A stretch of DNA of 64,000 nucleotides from Escherichia coli (GTDB lineage Bacteria > Pseudomonadota > Gammaproteobacteria > Enterobacterales > Enterobacteriaceae). Of this stretch, positions 1 through 16,329 are shown piece after piece (within the stretch, counting starts at the first letter, position 1; each line of letters starts with the position of its first letter). The DNA is taken from the NCBI RefSeq assembly GCF_046105845.1, contig NZ_CP151004.1; one strand, 5' to 3'. Under the pieces are notes generated by a model that made no database searches, was not told the DNA's origin, and was given only the letters and a program-made list of their open reading frames with translations. The translations under genes and the position numbers were made by a program.

Positions 1-463
<463 letters not shown>

Positions 464-1636
464 TTATTGTCCTGCGAGTTGCTGAAGGGCTGTGATGACG
501 CGGTCGGCATCGGCGGTAGTCATATCCGGGAACAGCGGCAACGAACAGATGCGTTCGCTATTCCATTCGGTATTCGGTAACGACAGCGTGGGAAAACGCT
601 CGCGATAATATTTTTGTGTGTGAGCGGCGCGGAAATGTAACCCGGTACCAATACCTCTTTCTTTTAACGCTTCCATCAACGCATCGCGACTGATACCACA
701 ACGTTGTTCATCGACACGAATAATAAACAGATGCCAGGCGTGAACGTGCGGCCAGGCGGGAAGGCTTAATGGCTGAAAGGGGAGAGCTGCCAGTGCTTGC
801 TGATATTGCTGGGCAATTTCGCGCCGACGGGTGTTGAGGTGCTCTAATTTGGCTAACTGGGTCAGGGCAATCGCGGCGTTAATATCGGTCAGATTATACT
901 TATAGCCCGGCGTTAAGACTTCAGCTTGCGGTGCACGGCCCCAGGTTTGTCTGTCATAGGCATCGACACCCAGACCGTGAAATTTTAGCATCCGTAGCTG
1001 GCGGGCAAGGTTTTCATTATCAGTAACAATCAGGCCACCTTCCGCACAGGTAATATTTTTGATGGCGTGAAACGAAAAAATAGCGGTACCTTTTGCGCCA
1101 ATATGTCGGCCTTTGTAATACGTACCGACGGCATGGGCAGCATCTTCGATAACTGCGATGCCGTAACGTTCGCCAATGGCGCGAATGGCGTCAATATCTG
1201 CTGGCGCACCGGCATAATGCACCGGAATGATGGCTTTAGTGCGTGGCGTAATGGCTGACTCGATCGCTTCAGGCGTGACCATCAGCGTATCGTGGTCGAC
1301 ATCCACCATTACCGGCGTTGCACCCAACAAGGAAATCATATTGAGGGTTGAAACCCAGGTCAGGGAAGGCGTAATCACTTCATCGCCCTTGCCAATTTCC
1401 AACGCCATTAGCGTGATATGCATTCCGGCGGTGGCTGAATTGACCGCGATGGCATGCTGATTTCCCGTCAACTGGCAAAAGGCTTGTTCAAGCGCCTGAT
1501 TCTTCGGACCGGTTGTGATCCAACCGGATTCGAGAACCTCTTTAACTGCAGCGAGTTCCTCCACGCCCATTGCTGGTCGCGAAAAAGGCAAAAATTCTGA
1601 CATTGTTTTTCCTTCCGCCATTGAATACCTGTCCAC
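464..1636 (-). CDS. arnB: UDP-4-amino-4-deoxy-L-arabinose--oxoglutarate aminotransferase (DegT/DnrJ/EryC1 PLP family)
   Basis: 390-aa ORF; PLP-lysine context [13 protein letters not shown]; operon position upstream of arnC. Confidence 0.93.
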   Translation of the reverse strand: MDRYSMAEGKTMSEFLPFSRPAMGVEELAAVKEVLESGWITTGPKNQALEQAFCQLTGNQHAIAVNSATAGMHITLMALEIGKGDEVITPSLTWVSTLNMISLLGATPVMVDVDHDTLMVTPEAIESAITPRTKAIIPVHYAGAPADIDAIRAIGERYGIAVIEDAAHAVGTYYKGRHIGAKGTAIFSFHAIKNITCAEGGLIVTDNENLARQLRMLKFHGLGVDAYDRQTWGRAPQAEVLTPGYKYNLTDINAAIALTQLAKLEHLNTRRREIAQQYQQALAALPFQPLSLPAWPHVHAWHLFIIRVDEQRCGISRDALMEALKERGIGTGLHFRAAHTQKYYRERFPTLSLPNTEWNSERICSLPLFPDMTTADADRVITALQQLAGQ

Positions 1637-1701
1637 TTATATTTGCTATAAAGAGTGTTGTGTATATTTTGCCATTTGGAGCGAAATTTTAAGGATAGAA
1701 T

Positions 1702-1718
1702 ATTAACTTAACCTTAAG
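1702..1718 (-). promoter_or_regulatory. Putative PmrA(BasR) box upstream of arnB
   Basis: Minus strand reads CTTAAG-GTTAA-GTTAAT, two hexamer half-sites spaced 5 nt (YTTAAK-N5-YTTAAK-like), 66-82 nt upstream of the arnB start codon in the arnB/ais divergent region. Confidence 0.55.
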
Positions 1719-1910
1719 AAACTAATATTAGACGTAAATATTGAAATTTTTATATTTTTTCTTATTTAGGCTTTGCATTTGGCAAAATTTTGAGGCATTT
1801 TGCCGGCATCGCAGGATTTTTAATATTACACCAACTGCTAATTATCGCCAGAAATGTCGCTCAATTTCACGGTAATTGTCTGGTTGCGCTTGTCTATAGG
1901 TGGAGTTTAC

Positions 1911-2513
1911 GTGTTAGCTTTTTGCCGCTCTTCGTTGAAGTCAAAAAAATATTTCATCATTTTACTGGCGCTCGCTGCAATTGCCGGACTGGGTACTCAT
2001 GCCGCCTGGAGTAGCAATGGTTTGCCACGTATCGACAATAAAACGCTGGCCAGACTGGCACAGCAGCATCCGGTTGTCGTTTTGTTTCGCCATGCTGAAC
2101 GTTGCGATCGTTCAACCAACCAATGCTTGTCAGATAAAACAGGTATTACGGTTAAAGGTACCCAGGATGCCCGTGAACTGGGCAACGCTTTTAGTGCTGA
2201 TATCCCTGATTTCGATCTTTATTCCAGTAATACCGTCCGGACCATTCAGTCGGCGACCTGGTTTTCAGCGGGTAAAAAGCTGACGGTAGATAAACGACTT
2301 CTTCAGTGCGGTAATGAGATTTATAGTGCAATTAAGGACTTACAAAGCAAAGCGCCTGATAAAAATATCGTTATTTTCACCCATAATCATTGCCTGACAT
2401 ATATTGCTAAAGATAAGCGTGATGCGACATTTAAACCTGATTATCTGGATGGTTTAGTCATGCATGTGGAAAAAGGCAAAGTTTATCTGGATGGGGAATT
2501 CGTTAACCACTAA
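1911..2513 (+). CDS. ais: Histidine-phosphatase-like protein Ais (LPS core heptose(II)-phosphate phosphatase)
   Basis: GTG start at 1911 preceded by GGAG; 200 aa beginning [23 protein letters not shown] histidine-phosphatase motif; divergent from arnB. Confidence 0.85.
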   Translation: MLAFCRSSLKSKKYFIILLALAAIAGLGTHAAWSSNGLPRIDNKTLARLAQQHPVVVLFRHAERCDRSTNQCLSDKTGITVKGTQDARELGNAFSADIPDFDLYSSNTVRTIQSATWFSAGKKLTVDKRLLQCGNEIYSAIKDLQSKAPDKNIVIFTHNHCLTYIAKDKRDATFKPDYLDGLVMHVEKGKVYLDGEFVNH

Positions 2514-2551
2514 ATTTTCAATCTGACAGCCAGTAATGGCTGTCATCATTG

Positions 2552-2977
2552 TTACAGAAGACCTTTCAAACGTAACGTTTTTCGGGTGGCGACATTCAAA
2601 TCATAATGCACCAGATCTTCAGGTTTTACCCACGCGTAGTCCTGAAACTCTTCGTTTATTTTCACTTCTCGGTTGGCAGAAACGCAGTCAAAAATCAGGT
2701 AAATCATATAAATCTCTTCCTTGCGACCATCTGCATACGTCTTGGTGCGAATATCATCGCTGAAGGTCCACGGCGTGATTTCTGTCAAAAGCAGCTGTTC
2801 TCCCAGTTCTTCGCGAATTTCGCGGCGTAGTGCCTCTTCAATTCGTTCGCCAGGCTCCACGCCGCCACCCGAAAGCGCCCATTGACCGGGGAAAACGCCG
2901 CGATCGTCGGCCATTTTACACAGCAAATAAGCACCATCATTTTGAATCAAAGGGCATACAATAGTCCGTTGTCGCAC
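2552..2977 (-). CDS. nudI: Nudix hydrolase (nucleoside triphosphatase NudI)
   Basis: Nudix box [27 protein letters not shown] start at 2977 gives 141 aa (the track ORF extends further 5'). Confidence 0.85.
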   Translation of the reverse strand: MRQRTIVCPLIQNDGAYLLCKMADDRGVFPGQWALSGGGVEPGERIEEALRREIREELGEQLLLTEITPWTFSDDIRTKTYADGRKEEIYMIYLIFDCVSANREVKINEEFQDYAWVKPEDLVHYDLNVATRKTLRLKGLL

Positions 2978-3255
2978 GGGGATATTCCTTATAAATAAAA
3001 AGAAACCATGAGAATACGGTAACTCAGAAATATGTGAAAGTGACAGTAATCTCTTTTGCGATGATAACTGCACTTATTATTATTTTTGTGTGTATCGATA
3101 AAGTGTGTTTATTTTTTCGGCGTTTAATTATTTAAGAAGTATTTAGTTACAATAAGTGACTAGATCCCTTTTTTCGCTCATTGAATCCTCTGTGCCAGGC
3201 AGTACAATCCCGCAGCTTTGGGAATTTTGATTTATTGCTTGTGGGAGAGGGGAAA

Positions 3256-3798
3256 ATGAAAAAAATTGCGCTAGCAGGTCTGGCCGGAATGCTGTTGGTT
3301 TCTGCATCGGTCAATGCAATGAGCATCAGCGGCCAGGCGGGTAAAGAATACACCAATATTGGTGTCGGTTTTGGGACTGAATCGACGGGCCTGGCGTTAA
3401 GCGGTAACTGGACACATAACGACGACGACGGTGACGTCGCGGGCGTGGGGCTGGGGTTGAATCTGCCTCTCGGGCCGTTAATGGCGACCGTTGGCGGAAA
3501 AGGCGTTTACACCAACCCGAATTACGGCGATGAAGGTTATGCCGCAGCGGTAGGAGGTGGTTTGCAGTGGAAAATTGGCAACAGCTTCCATTTGTTTGGC
3601 GAGTATTACTACTCTCCGGATTCGCTCTCCAGCGGTATTAAAAGTTATGAGGAAGCGAATGCGGGCGCGCGTTACACCATTATGCGTCCAGTGAGTATTG
3701 AGGCGGGCTATCGCTACCTGAACCTTTCTGGTAAAGACGGTAACCGCGACAACGCCGTGGCTGACGGCCCGTATGTTGGGGTTAACGCCAGTTTCTGA
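3256..3798 (+). CDS. yfaZ: Small outer-membrane protein YfaZ
   Basis: ATG at 3256 gives 180 aa with signal peptide MKKIALAGLAGMLLVSASVNA and a glycine/aromatic-rich beta-barrel-like sequence. Confidence 0.8.
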   Translation: MKKIALAGLAGMLLVSASVNAMSISGQAGKEYTNIGVGFGTESTGLALSGNWTHNDDDGDVAGVGLGLNLPLGPLMATVGGKGVYTNPNYGDEGYAAAVGGGLQWKIGNSFHLFGEYYYSPDSLSSGIKSYEEANAGARYTIMRPVSIEAGYRYLNLSGKDGNRDNAVADGPYVGVNASF

Positions 3799-3897
3799 TC
3801 CCTTCCGGCGCGGCATTCTGTCGCGCCATTCAGTTTCTTACTACGCCTTATCTCCCTTTGCGTTATAGTGATTCGATAACAAAAGCAGGAGATAACC

Positions 3898-5100
3898 ATG
3901 TTAAAAGTGGAAATGCTATCCACCGGGGATGAAGTGTTACACGGGCAAATCGTTGACACTAACGCTGCCTGGCTGGCCGATTTTTTCTTTCATCAGGGGT
4001 TGCCATTATCTCGCCGCAATACGGTGGGAGATAACCTTGATGACTTAGTGACCATTCTTCGCGAACGGAGTCAGCACGCCGATGTGCTGATCGTTAACGG
4101 CGGGCTGGGGCCGACCAGTGATGATTTAAGCGCACTCGCCGCTGCAACAGCAAAAGGGGAAGGCCTGGTGCTGCATGAGGCCTGGCTCAAAGAGATGGAA
4201 CGCTATTTCCACGAACGTGGACGAGTAATGGCACCGAGCAACCGTAAACAAGCGGAGCTGCCTGCCAGTGCTGAATTTATCAATAACCCGGTAGGCACCG
4301 CCTGTGGTTTTGCCGTGCAGCTTAATCGTTGCCTGATGTTCTTTACCCCCGGCGTACCGTCAGAATTTAAGGTGATGGTCGAGCACGAAATCCTGCCGCG
4401 CCTGCGCGAGCGTTTTTCTTTACCGCAGCCGCCGGTTTGCCTGCGTTTGACTACCTTTGGTCGTTCGGAAAGCGATCTGGCACAAAGCCTGGACACTCTA
4501 CAATTGCCGCCGGGCGTAACAATGGGCTATCGCTCTTCTATGCCGATTATCGAACTGAAACTCACCGGACCGGCAAGCGAGAAACAGGCGATGGAAAAAT
4601 TGTGGCTGGACGTTAAACGTATTGCCGGACAGAGCGTGATTTTCGAAGGTACCGAAGGACTGCCCGCGCAGATCAGCCGCGAATTGCAAAACCGCCAGTT
4701 CAGCCTGACGTTGAGCGAGCAATTCACCGGTGGTTTATTGGCTTTGCAACTTTCTCGCGCAGGTGCTCCATTGCTGGCGTGTGAAGTGGTTCCTTCACAG
4801 GAAGAAACCCTGGCGCAAACGGCGCACTGGATTACAGAACGGCGGGCCAACCATTTTGCCGGGCTGGCACTGGCTGTTTCGGGTTTCGAGAACGAGCATC
4901 TCAACTTTGCGCTAGCCACGCCAGATGGCACTTTCGCTCTGCGTGTACGTTTCAGCACTACACGCTACAGCCTGGCTATCCGTCAGGAAGTGTGCGCAAT
5001 GATGGCACTGAATATGCTGCGCCGTTGGTTAAACGGTCAGGACATCGCCAGTGAGCATGGCTGGATTGAGGTTGTTGAGTCCATGACTTTATCTGTCTGA
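3898..5100 (+). CDS. yfaY: CinA-like protein (MoCF-binding domain N-terminus)
   Basis: 400-aa ORF; N-terminus LSTGDEVLHGQIVDTNAAWLA typical of CinA/MoeA-type domain. Confidence 0.85.
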   Translation: MLKVEMLSTGDEVLHGQIVDTNAAWLADFFFHQGLPLSRRNTVGDNLDDLVTILRERSQHADVLIVNGGLGPTSDDLSALAAATAKGEGLVLHEAWLKEMERYFHERGRVMAPSNRKQAELPASAEFINNPVGTACGFAVQLNRCLMFFTPGVPSEFKVMVEHEILPRLRERFSLPQPPVCLRLTTFGRSESDLAQSLDTLQLPPGVTMGYRSSMPIIELKLTGPASEKQAMEKLWLDVKRIAGQSVIFEGTEGLPAQISRELQNRQFSLTLSEQFTGGLLALQLSRAGAPLLACEVVPSQEETLAQTAHWITERRANHFAGLALAVSGFENEHLNFALATPDGTFALRVRFSTTRYSLAIRQEVCAMMALNMLRRWLNGQDIASEHGWIEVVESMTLSV

Positions 5101-5325
5101 TTCCGCCACTCTGTGCCGGTTTACTGCACCGGCACATTCCCCCTCCGGCAAAATTTGTCCAACCTGTTGTACTCAATAAGAAAAAATCCGTGCGCTGATT
5201 CACAAATTTGTGCGTAATTTCTCCAGTCCGCTGGACGAGGAGTGGGATTTGATGCGCTTCACAATTTTACTCCCCCTGAGCAACGACAACGAGACTGATT
5301 CCAGTATCTAAGACTGGAGTCCAGT

Positions 5326-6108
5326 ATGTTGGAATCAAGCAAAGTTCCCGCCCTGACACGGGCTATTGATATTCTCAATTTGATTGCCCGCATTGGCCCC
5401 TGTAGTGCTGCGACGATCATTGACACATTGGGGATCCCTAAAAGCACGGCCTATTTGCTGCTTAATGAACTCAGGCGTCAGCGTTTTCTTAGCCTTGATC
5501 ACCAGGAAAATTTTTGTTTGTGGACCAAGCTGGTGGAGCTTTCCGGTCATGCGTTAAGCAAGATGGATCTCCGGGAACTGGCTCGACCGCGTTTGACGCA
5601 ACTGATGGATACCACCGGGCTGTTATGTCACCTGGGGATTATTGATAACGGCAGCGCTTATTACATTTTGAAAGTGGAGTCATCAGCCACTATCAGCGTG
5701 CGTTCCCATGAAGGAAAAAGCCTTTCGCTTTATCGCTCCGGAATAGGTAAATGCCTGCTTGCCTGGCAACCTGCAGCTGTACAGCAAAGTATTATCGAAG
5801 GGCTGGTCTGGGAGCAGGCGACACCCACAACGATTACTCATCCACAGCAACTTCACGAAGAACTGGCGCGTATTCGCCGTCAGGGCTGGAGTTATGACAA
5901 CGGCGAAGATTATGCCGATGTCCGTTGTGTCGCTGCGCCGGTGTTTAACGCCAATAACGAGCTTACCGCTGCGATTTCGGTGGTCGGTACCCGCTTACAA
6001 ATCAATGAAGAATACCGTGATTATCTGGCGGGCAAGGCCATTGCCTGCGCCAGGGATATTTCACGTCTGTTGGGATGGAAAAGTCCCTTTGACTTACAGG
6101 CCTCATAA
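5326..6108 (+). CDS. rhmR: IclR-family transcriptional regulator of L-rhamnonate utilisation
   Basis: 260 aa; N-terminal HTH ([27 protein letters not shown]) followed by an IclR-type effector domain; heads the rhmRDTA cluster. Confidence 0.85.
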   Translation: MLESSKVPALTRAIDILNLIARIGPCSAATIIDTLGIPKSTAYLLLNELRRQRFLSLDHQENFCLWTKLVELSGHALSKMDLRELARPRLTQLMDTTGLLCHLGIIDNGSAYYILKVESSATISVRSHEGKSLSLYRSGIGKCLLAWQPAAVQQSIIEGLVWEQATPTTITHPQQLHEELARIRRQGWSYDNGEDYADVRCVAAPVFNANNELTAAISVVGTRLQINEEYRDYLAGKAIACARDISRLLGWKSPFDLQAS

Positions 6109-6122
6109 CAATGGAGAACATC

Positions 6123-7328
6123 ATGACCCTACCAAAAATCAAACAGGTTCGCGCCTGGTTTACTGGCGGTGCGACAGCAGAAAAAGGCGCTGGCGGTGGT
6201 GATTATCACGACCAGGGGGCGAATCACTGGATTGACGATCATATTGCCACCCCGATGAGTAAATACCGCGATTACGAGCAGTCACGCCAGTCATTTGGCA
6301 TTAACGTTCTTGGCACGTTGATTGTTGAAGTCGAAGCAGAAAACGGCCAGACCGGATTCGCCGTTTCGACAGCCGGTGAAATGGGCTGTTTTATTGTCGA
6401 AAAACACCTTAACCGTTTCATTGAGGGTAAATGTGTCAGTGATATCAAACTGATCCACGATCAAATGCTCAATGCCACCCTGTATTACTCCGGCTCTGGT
6501 GGCCTGGTGATGAATACGATTTCCTGTGTCGATCTGGCTCTGTGGGATCTGTTCGGCAAAGTGGTCGGGCTTCCGGTTTATAAACTTTTAGGCGGCGCAG
6601 TTCGTGATGAGATTCAGTTCTACGCCACAGGTGCGCGTCCGGATCTGGCAAAAGAGATGGGCTTTATCGGTGGCAAAATGCCGACGCACTGGGGGCCACA
6701 TGATGGCGATGCGGGGATCCGCAAAGATGCCGCTATGGTCGCGGATATGCGTGAAAAATGCGGTGAGGATTTCTGGTTAATGCTCGACTGCTGGATGAGT
6801 CAGGACGTGAACTATGCCACCAAACTGGCCCACGCTTGCGCGCCTTATAACCTGAAATGGATCGAAGAGTGCCTGCCGCCACAGCAGTATGAAGGTTATC
6901 GCGAACTGAAACGCAACGCGCCAGTCGGAATGATGGTCACCAGCGGTGAGCATCACGGCACACTGCAATCTTTCCGTACGCTTTCAGAAACCGGTATCGA
7001 CATTATGCAGCCGGATGTTGGCTGGTGCGGTGGCTTAACCACGCTGGTGGAAATTGCCGCAATCGCCAAATCCAGGGGGCAACTGGTGGTGCCGCACGGT
7101 TCGTCTGTTTACTCTCACCATGCGGTGATCACCTTCACCAATACGCCATTCAGCGAATTCCTGATGACCAGCCCGGATTGTTCAACGATGCGTCCGCAAT
7201 TTGATCCGATTCTGCTTAATGAGCCAGTGCCGGTGAATGGTCGTATTCATAAATCAGTGCTTGATAAACCCGGTTTCGGCGTCGAACTCAATCGTGACTG
7301 CAATTTGAAACGCCCCTACAGCCACTAA
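6123..7328 (+). CDS. rhmD: L-rhamnonate dehydratase (enolase superfamily)
   Basis: ATG at 6123 preceded by GGAG gives 401 aa ([13 protein letters not shown]...); enolase-superfamily sequence. Confidence 0.9.
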   Translation: MTLPKIKQVRAWFTGGATAEKGAGGGDYHDQGANHWIDDHIATPMSKYRDYEQSRQSFGINVLGTLIVEVEAENGQTGFAVSTAGEMGCFIVEKHLNRFIEGKCVSDIKLIHDQMLNATLYYSGSGGLVMNTISCVDLALWDLFGKVVGLPVYKLLGGAVRDEIQFYATGARPDLAKEMGFIGGKMPTHWGPHDGDAGIRKDAAMVADMREKCGEDFWLMLDCWMSQDVNYATKLAHACAPYNLKWIEECLPPQQYEGYRELKRNAPVGMMVTSGEHHGTLQSFRTLSETGIDIMQPDVGWCGGLTTLVEIAAIAKSRGQLVVPHGSSVYSHHAVITFTNTPFSEFLMTSPDCSTMRPQFDPILLNEPVPVNGRIHKSVLDKPGFGVELNRDCNLKRPYSH

Positions 7329-7384
7329 TCACTCCGGGCGTTGCTGTGACAACGGTAACGCCCACATATTCTAAGGAGCTTTTT

Positions 7385-8674
7385 ATGAGCACCGCTTTGC
7401 TTGACGCCGTGGTGAAGAAAAACCGCGCGCGTTTAATTCCGTTTATGTTGGCGCTTTATGTGCTGGCGTTTCTCGACCGTTCGAATATTGGTTTTGCCAA
7501 ACAGACCTACCAGATTGATACCGGGCTGAGTAATGAAGCTTATGCGCTGGGAGCAGGCATTTTCTTTGTGGTATACGCGTTTCTGGGGGTTCCGGCGAAT
7601 CTTTTGATGCGAAAACTGGGGGCCAGAACCTGGATTGGTACGACAACACTGCTGTGGGGATTTCTTTCGGCAGCCATGGCATGGGCCGATACTGAAGCGA
7701 AATTTCTGATCGTTCGCACTCTGCTTGGTGCTGCGGAGGCCGGGTTTTTCCCTGGTATGATTTATCTCACCTCGCAATGGTTTCCGCAGCGTAATCGCGC
7801 CAGCATTATGGGGTTGTTCTATATGGGCGCACCGCTGGCGTTAACACTGGGATCACCGCTTTCCGGCGCGCTGCTGGAGATGCATGGATTTATGGGGCAT
7901 CCCGGCTGGTTCTGGATGTTTGTGATTGAAGGATTGCTGGCAGTCGGCGCTGGGGTATTCACATTCTTTTGGCTTGATGACACACCGGAGCAGGCACGTT
8001 TTCTGAGTAAACAAGAAAAAACGTTGCTTATCAATCAACTGGCAAGTGAAGAACAACAGAAAGTGACTTCTCGATTGAGCGATGCGCTGCGTAATGGCCG
8101 AGTCTGGCAACTGGCGATTATCTACCTGACCATTCAGGTGGCGGTTTACGGATTAATTTTCTTCCTGCCGACCCAGGTTGCTGCATTGCTGGGGACAAAA
8201 GTGGGTTTTACGGCGTCGGTGGTCACCGCCATTCCGTGGGTTGCGGCCTTGTTTGGGACCTGGCTTATTCCGCGCTATTCCGATAAAACCGGCGAACGGC
8301 GTAATGTCGCAGCGCTGACATTACTGGCGGCGGGCATTGGTATTGGTCTGTCCGGGCTGCTTTCTCCAGTACTGGCGATCGTAGCGCTGTGTGTTGCAGC
8401 CATCGGGTTTATTGCCGTGCAGCCGGTGTTCTGGACGATGCCGACACAACTGCTTTCCGGTACGGCGCTGGCGGCGGGGATTGGTTTTGTAAACCTGTTT
8501 GGTGCAGTGGGTGGGTTTATTGCCCCGATCCTGCGCGTGAAAGCAGAAACGTTGTTTGCCAGCGATGCGGCGGGATTACTGACGCTGGCAGCGGTGGCGG
8601 TCATCGGTTCGCTGATTATTTTCACTCTGCGTGTAAATCGCACTGTTGCGCAGACCGACGTGGCACATCATTAA
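7385..8674 (+). CDS. rhmT: MFS transporter for L-rhamnonate
   Basis: ATG at 7385 after AAGGAG gives 429 aa; multiple predicted TM helices, MFS-type. Confidence 0.85.
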   Translation: MSTALLDAVVKKNRARLIPFMLALYVLAFLDRSNIGFAKQTYQIDTGLSNEAYALGAGIFFVVYAFLGVPANLLMRKLGARTWIGTTTLLWGFLSAAMAWADTEAKFLIVRTLLGAAEAGFFPGMIYLTSQWFPQRNRASIMGLFYMGAPLALTLGSPLSGALLEMHGFMGHPGWFWMFVIEGLLAVGAGVFTFFWLDDTPEQARFLSKQEKTLLINQLASEEQQKVTSRLSDALRNGRVWQLAIIYLTIQVAVYGLIFFLPTQVAALLGTKVGFTASVVTAIPWVAALFGTWLIPRYSDKTGERRNVAALTLLAAGIGIGLSGLLSPVLAIVALCVAAIGFIAVQPVFWTMPTQLLSGTALAAGIGFVNLFGAVGGFIAPILRVKAETLFASDAAGLLTLAAVAVIGSLIIFTLRVNRTVAQTDVAHH

Positions 8675-8690
8675 TAGGTTAAGGAACACC

Positions 8691-9494
8691 ATGAACGCAT
8701 TATTAAGCAATCCCTTTAAAGAACGTTTACGCAAGGGCGAAGTGCAAATTGGTCTGTGGTTAAGCTCGACTACTTCTTATATGGCAGAAATTGCCGCCAC
8801 TTCCGGTTATGATTGGTTGCTGATTGACGGGGAGCACGCGCCAAACACCATTCAGGATCTTTATCACCAGCTACAGGCGGTAGCGCCCTATGCCAGCCAA
8901 CCCGTGATCCGTCCGGTGGAAGGTAGTAAACCGCTGATTAAACAAGTCCTGGATATTGGCGCGCAAACTCTACTGATCCCGATGGTCGATACTGCCGATC
9001 AGGCACGTCAGGTGGTGTCTGCCACGCGCTATCCTCCCTACGGTGAGCGTGGTGTCGGGGCCAGTGTGGCACGGGCTGCTCGCTGGGGACGCATTGAGAA
9101 TTACATGGCGCAAGTCAACGATTCGCTTTGTCTGTTGGTGCAGGTGGAAAGTAAAACAGCACTGGATAACCTGGACGAAATCCTCGACGTCGAAGGGATT
9201 GACGGCGTGTTTATTGGACCTGCGGATCTTTCTGCGTCGTTGGGCTACCCGGATAACGCCGGGCACCCGGAAGTGCAGCGAATTATTGAAACCAGTATTC
9301 GGCGGATCCGTGCTGCGGGTAAAGCGGCTGGTTTTCTGGCTGTGGCTCCTGATATGGCGCAGCAATGCCTGGCGTGGGGAGCGAACTTTGTCGCTGTTGG
9401 CGTTGACACGATGCTCTACAGCGATGCCCTGGATCAACGACTGGCGATGTTTAAATCAGGCAAAAATGGGCCACGCATAAAAGGTAGTTATTGA
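8691..9494 (+). CDS. rhmA: 2-keto-3-deoxy-L-rhamnonate aldolase (HpcH/HpaI family)
   Basis: ATG at 8691 gives 267 aa ([24 protein letters not shown]...). Confidence 0.9.
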   Translation: MNALLSNPFKERLRKGEVQIGLWLSSTTSYMAEIAATSGYDWLLIDGEHAPNTIQDLYHQLQAVAPYASQPVIRPVEGSKPLIKQVLDIGAQTLLIPMVDTADQARQVVSATRYPPYGERGVGASVARAARWGRIENYMAQVNDSLCLLVQVESKTALDNLDEILDVEGIDGVFIGPADLSASLGYPDNAGHPEVQRIIETSIRRIRAAGKAAGFLAVAPDMAQQCLAWGANFVAVGVDTMLYSDALDQRLAMFKSGKNGPRIKGSY

Positions 9495-9534
9495 TATCAA
9501 AGGCCCATGGGGATCGGCTGTGGGCCTGTGTTAA

Positions 9535-9708
9535 TTAGTGGTTATTCGCTGCCAGATCGGCTTCGCTTAGCTGGGTGGCAGCGAGCACCAGGTCACGATC
9601 AATGCCCTGTTCCAGCATGCGCAAGGCAATTTTAATGGCTTGTTCATGCATACCTTCCTGCCAGCCAATTTGGTGTCCTTCCTGCCGTAGCCGTTCAGCA
9701 ATAGTCAT
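9535..9708 (-). CDS. Possible internal in-frame small ORF (RpnS-like, 57 aa) in the 3' end of rpnB
   Basis: In-frame ATG at 9706-9708 preceded by AAGGAGAGATTA (strong SD, 6-nt spacer); encodes [19 protein letters not shown]...AANNH. Confidence 0.35.
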   Translation of the reverse strand: MTIAERLRQEGHQIGWQEGMHEQAIKIALRMLEQGIDRDLVLAATQLSEADLAANNH

Positions 9709-10437
9709 TAATCTCTCCTTTTGTAGTGGTGAACGTTCGGCAATCTCCTCAATAAAACGGGTGAAACGGGAGGTATCGCCGCATTGCAGCAGATAATTAA
9801 ACAGCGTTTGTAGCTGGCTGTCATTAGTGAAGCCTCTAACCAAAAGCGTGGTGATCCTGTCGACCATACCGATTAAATCGCGGTCGCGAATATGCTTTTG
9901 AATCAGTTCCAGCAGAGCTATACGCCGATGTTGCATGATCTCATCGTCAGGTACGATGGTGATATCCACCAACGGAAAAGCTTCGGTGTACAACTGCCGG
10001 GCAAGTTGCGGATCGTCAAACTCATCCAGCCAGTTGAGTGAGTACGGGTAGGGCGAGGTTTCGCCATGATAAAACAGTAACGGTACCACCAGCGGGACTC
10101 TGTCATAGCCTTTGTCCAGATGACGTTGCATGGCGGCAGTGGCATAGCGCATTAGCCGAAAGGCCATATTCTTTTCCGCTGAACTTTGATGTTCAATCAC
10201 GCAGTAGATATAGCCGTCACCGTCGCTGGTTTCCACCGACCACAAAACATCTGAGTAGTAAGCGCGTAAACTTTTTTCAATAAAACTGGTGGGTTCCAGG
10301 CGTAAGGTTTGCAGGTTACAAAGCTTGCGCAGTGGTTCTGGTAAATGTATTTCGAGAAAATCTCGCGCCGTATCGGGCGAGAACATAAAGGTTTTAAATA
10401 CCGCATCATGCGGGGAGGAGGTTGTTGATTCGGTCAT
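9535..10437 (-). CDS. rpnB: Rpn-family recombination-promoting nuclease (PD-(D/E)xK, transposase_31-like)
   Basis: 300-aa ORF; N-terminus HDAVFKTFM... and overall sequence characteristic of the YhgA/Rpn family (rpnB = yfaD). Confidence 0.8.
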   Translation of the reverse strand: MTESTTSSPHDAVFKTFMFSPDTARDFLEIHLPEPLRKLCNLQTLRLEPTSFIEKSLRAYYSDVLWSVETSDGDGYIYCVIEHQSSAEKNMAFRLMRYATAAMQRHLDKGYDRVPLVVPLLFYHGETSPYPYSLNWLDEFDDPQLARQLYTEAFPLVDITIVPDDEIMQHRRIALLELIQKHIRDRDLIGMVDRITTLLVRGFTNDSQLQTLFNYLLQCGDTSRFTRFIEEIAERSPLQKERLMTIAERLRQEGHQIGWQEGMHEQAIKIALRMLEQGIDRDLVLAATQLSEADLAANNH

Positions 10438-10584
10438 GGTTGTCCGTCACCTGATATTTATGATGACGCGACATTACGGTTATCCCAGGCCTTTGACATC
10501 TGCCAGTTTCAGCCTTTGCGAGACGTTTTCAGAGGAATTTTCACTGCGTTGCAACGCATACACTGGGCACGGAATCGTGTACGC

Positions 10585-10616
10585 AAAAATGCCCGGTAAC
10601 AACATGCTTACCGGGC
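10585..10616 (-). terminator. Rho-independent terminator downstream of glpC
   Basis: 9-bp stem GCCCGGTAA/TTACCGGGC with 8-nt loop, followed on the minus strand by a T-run. Confidence 0.6.
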
Positions 10617-10629
10617 ATCAGAAAGGAGT

Positions 10630-14694
<4,065 letters not shown>

Positions 14695-14840
14695 TGTTAT
14701 CCCTCTGAAGTTCGTTTTTTACCATTTAGCCATAGTAAAAATATGAATTGTTTGATTTCGCGCATATTCGCTCATAATTCGAAAGTGAAACGTGATTCCA
14801 TGCGTCATTCTGAACATTTAACCCATCGTATTTAATAATG

Positions 14841-14856
14841 TGTGCGGTAATTCACA
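14841..14856. promoter_or_regulatory. CRP-binding site in the glpACB/glpTQ divergent control region
   Basis: TGTGC-GGTAAT-TCACA, a near-consensus TGTGA-N6-TCACA. Confidence 0.6.
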
Positions 14857-14966
14857 TTTAATTTATGAATGTTTTCTTAACATCGCGGCAACTCAAGAAA
14901 CGGCAGGTTCTCCCACTGAATCAGGCTGTTAATCATAAATAAGACCACGGGCCACGGAGGCTTTCA

Positions 14967-16325
14967 ATGTTGAGTATTTTTAAACCAGCGCCACACAAAG
15001 CGCGCTTACCTGCCGCGGAGATCGATCCGACTTATCGTCGATTGCGTTGGCAAATTTTCCTGGGGATATTCTTTGGTTATGCTGCTTACTATTTGGTTCG
15101 TAAGAACTTTGCCCTCGCTATGCCTTATCTGGTCGAGCAGGGCTTCTCACGCGGTGATTTAGGTTTTGCCCTTTCGGGGATCTCGATCGCTTATGGATTT
15201 TCGAAATTCATCATGGGCTCGGTGTCGGATCGCTCGAATCCGCGCGTTTTCCTGCCCGCAGGTTTGATTCTGGCGGCGGCAGTGATGTTGTTTATGGGCT
15301 TTGTGCCGTGGGCGACGTCGAGCATCGCGGTGATGTTTGTACTGTTGTTCCTCTGCGGTTGGTTCCAGGGGATGGGGTGGCCGCCGTGTGGTCGTACTAT
15401 GGTGCACTGGTGGTCGCAGAAAGAACGTGGCGGCATTGTGTCAGTGTGGAACTGTGCACACAACGTCGGTGGTGGTATTCCGCCGCTGCTGTTCCTGCTG
15501 GGGATGGCCTGGTTCAATGACTGGCACGCGGCGCTCTATATGCCCGCTTTCTGCGCCATTCTGGTGGCACTGTTCGCCTTTGCGATGATGCGCGATACCC
15601 CGCAATCTTGTGGCCTGCCGCCGATCGAAGAGTACAAAAATGATTATCCGGACGACTATAACGAAAAAGCGGAACAGGAGCTGACGGCGAAGCAAATCTT
15701 CATGCAGTACGTGCTGCCGAACAAATTGCTGTGGTACATCGCTATCGCCAACGTGTTCGTTTATCTGCTGCGTTACGGCATCCTCGACTGGTCACCGACT
15801 TATCTGAAAGAGGTGAAACACTTCGCGCTGGATAAATCCTCCTGGGCCTACTTCTTCTATGAGTATGCGGGCATTCCGGGCACCCTGCTGTGCGGCTGGA
15901 TGTCGGATAAAGTCTTCCGTGGCAACCGTGGGGCCACCGGCGTCTTCTTTATGACACTGGTGACCATCGCGACTATCGTTTACTGGATGAACCCGGCAGG
16001 TAACCCAACCGTAGATATGATTTGTATGATTGTTATCGGCTTCCTGATCTACGGCCCTGTGATGCTGATCGGTCTGCATGCGCTGGAACTGGCACCGAAA
16101 AAAGCGGCAGGTACGGCAGCGGGCTTTACCGGGCTGTTTGGTTACCTGGGCGGTTCGGTGGCGGCGAGCGCGATTGTTGGCTACACAGTGGACTTCTTCG
16201 GCTGGGATGGCGGCTTTATGGTAATGATTGGCGGCAGCATTCTGGCGGTTATCTTGTTGATTGTTGTGATGATTGGCGAAAAACGTCGCCATCAGGAATT
16301 ACTGCAAAAACGCAACGGAGGCTAA
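14967..16325 (+). CDS. glpT: Glycerol-3-phosphate:phosphate antiporter (MFS)
   Basis: 452 aa, 12-TM MFS protein; N-terminus [31 protein letters not shown]. Confidence 0.95.
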   Translation: MLSIFKPAPHKARLPAAEIDPTYRRLRWQIFLGIFFGYAAYYLVRKNFALAMPYLVEQGFSRGDLGFALSGISIAYGFSKFIMGSVSDRSNPRVFLPAGLILAAAVMLFMGFVPWATSSIAVMFVLLFLCGWFQGMGWPPCGRTMVHWWSQKERGGIVSVWNCAHNVGGGIPPLLFLLGMAWFNDWHAALYMPAFCAILVALFAFAMMRDTPQSCGLPPIEEYKNDYPDDYNEKAEQELTAKQIFMQYVLPNKLLWYIAIANVFVYLLRYGILDWSPTYLKEVKHFALDKSSWAYFFYEYAGIPGTLLCGWMSDKVFRGNRGATGVFFMTLVTIATIVYWMNPAGNPTVDMICMIVIGFLIYGPVMLIGLHALELAPKKAAGTAAGFTGLFGYLGGSVAASAIVGYTVDFFGWDGGFMVMIGGSILAVILLIVVMIGEKRRHQELLQKRNGG

Positions 16326-16329
16326 TGGC

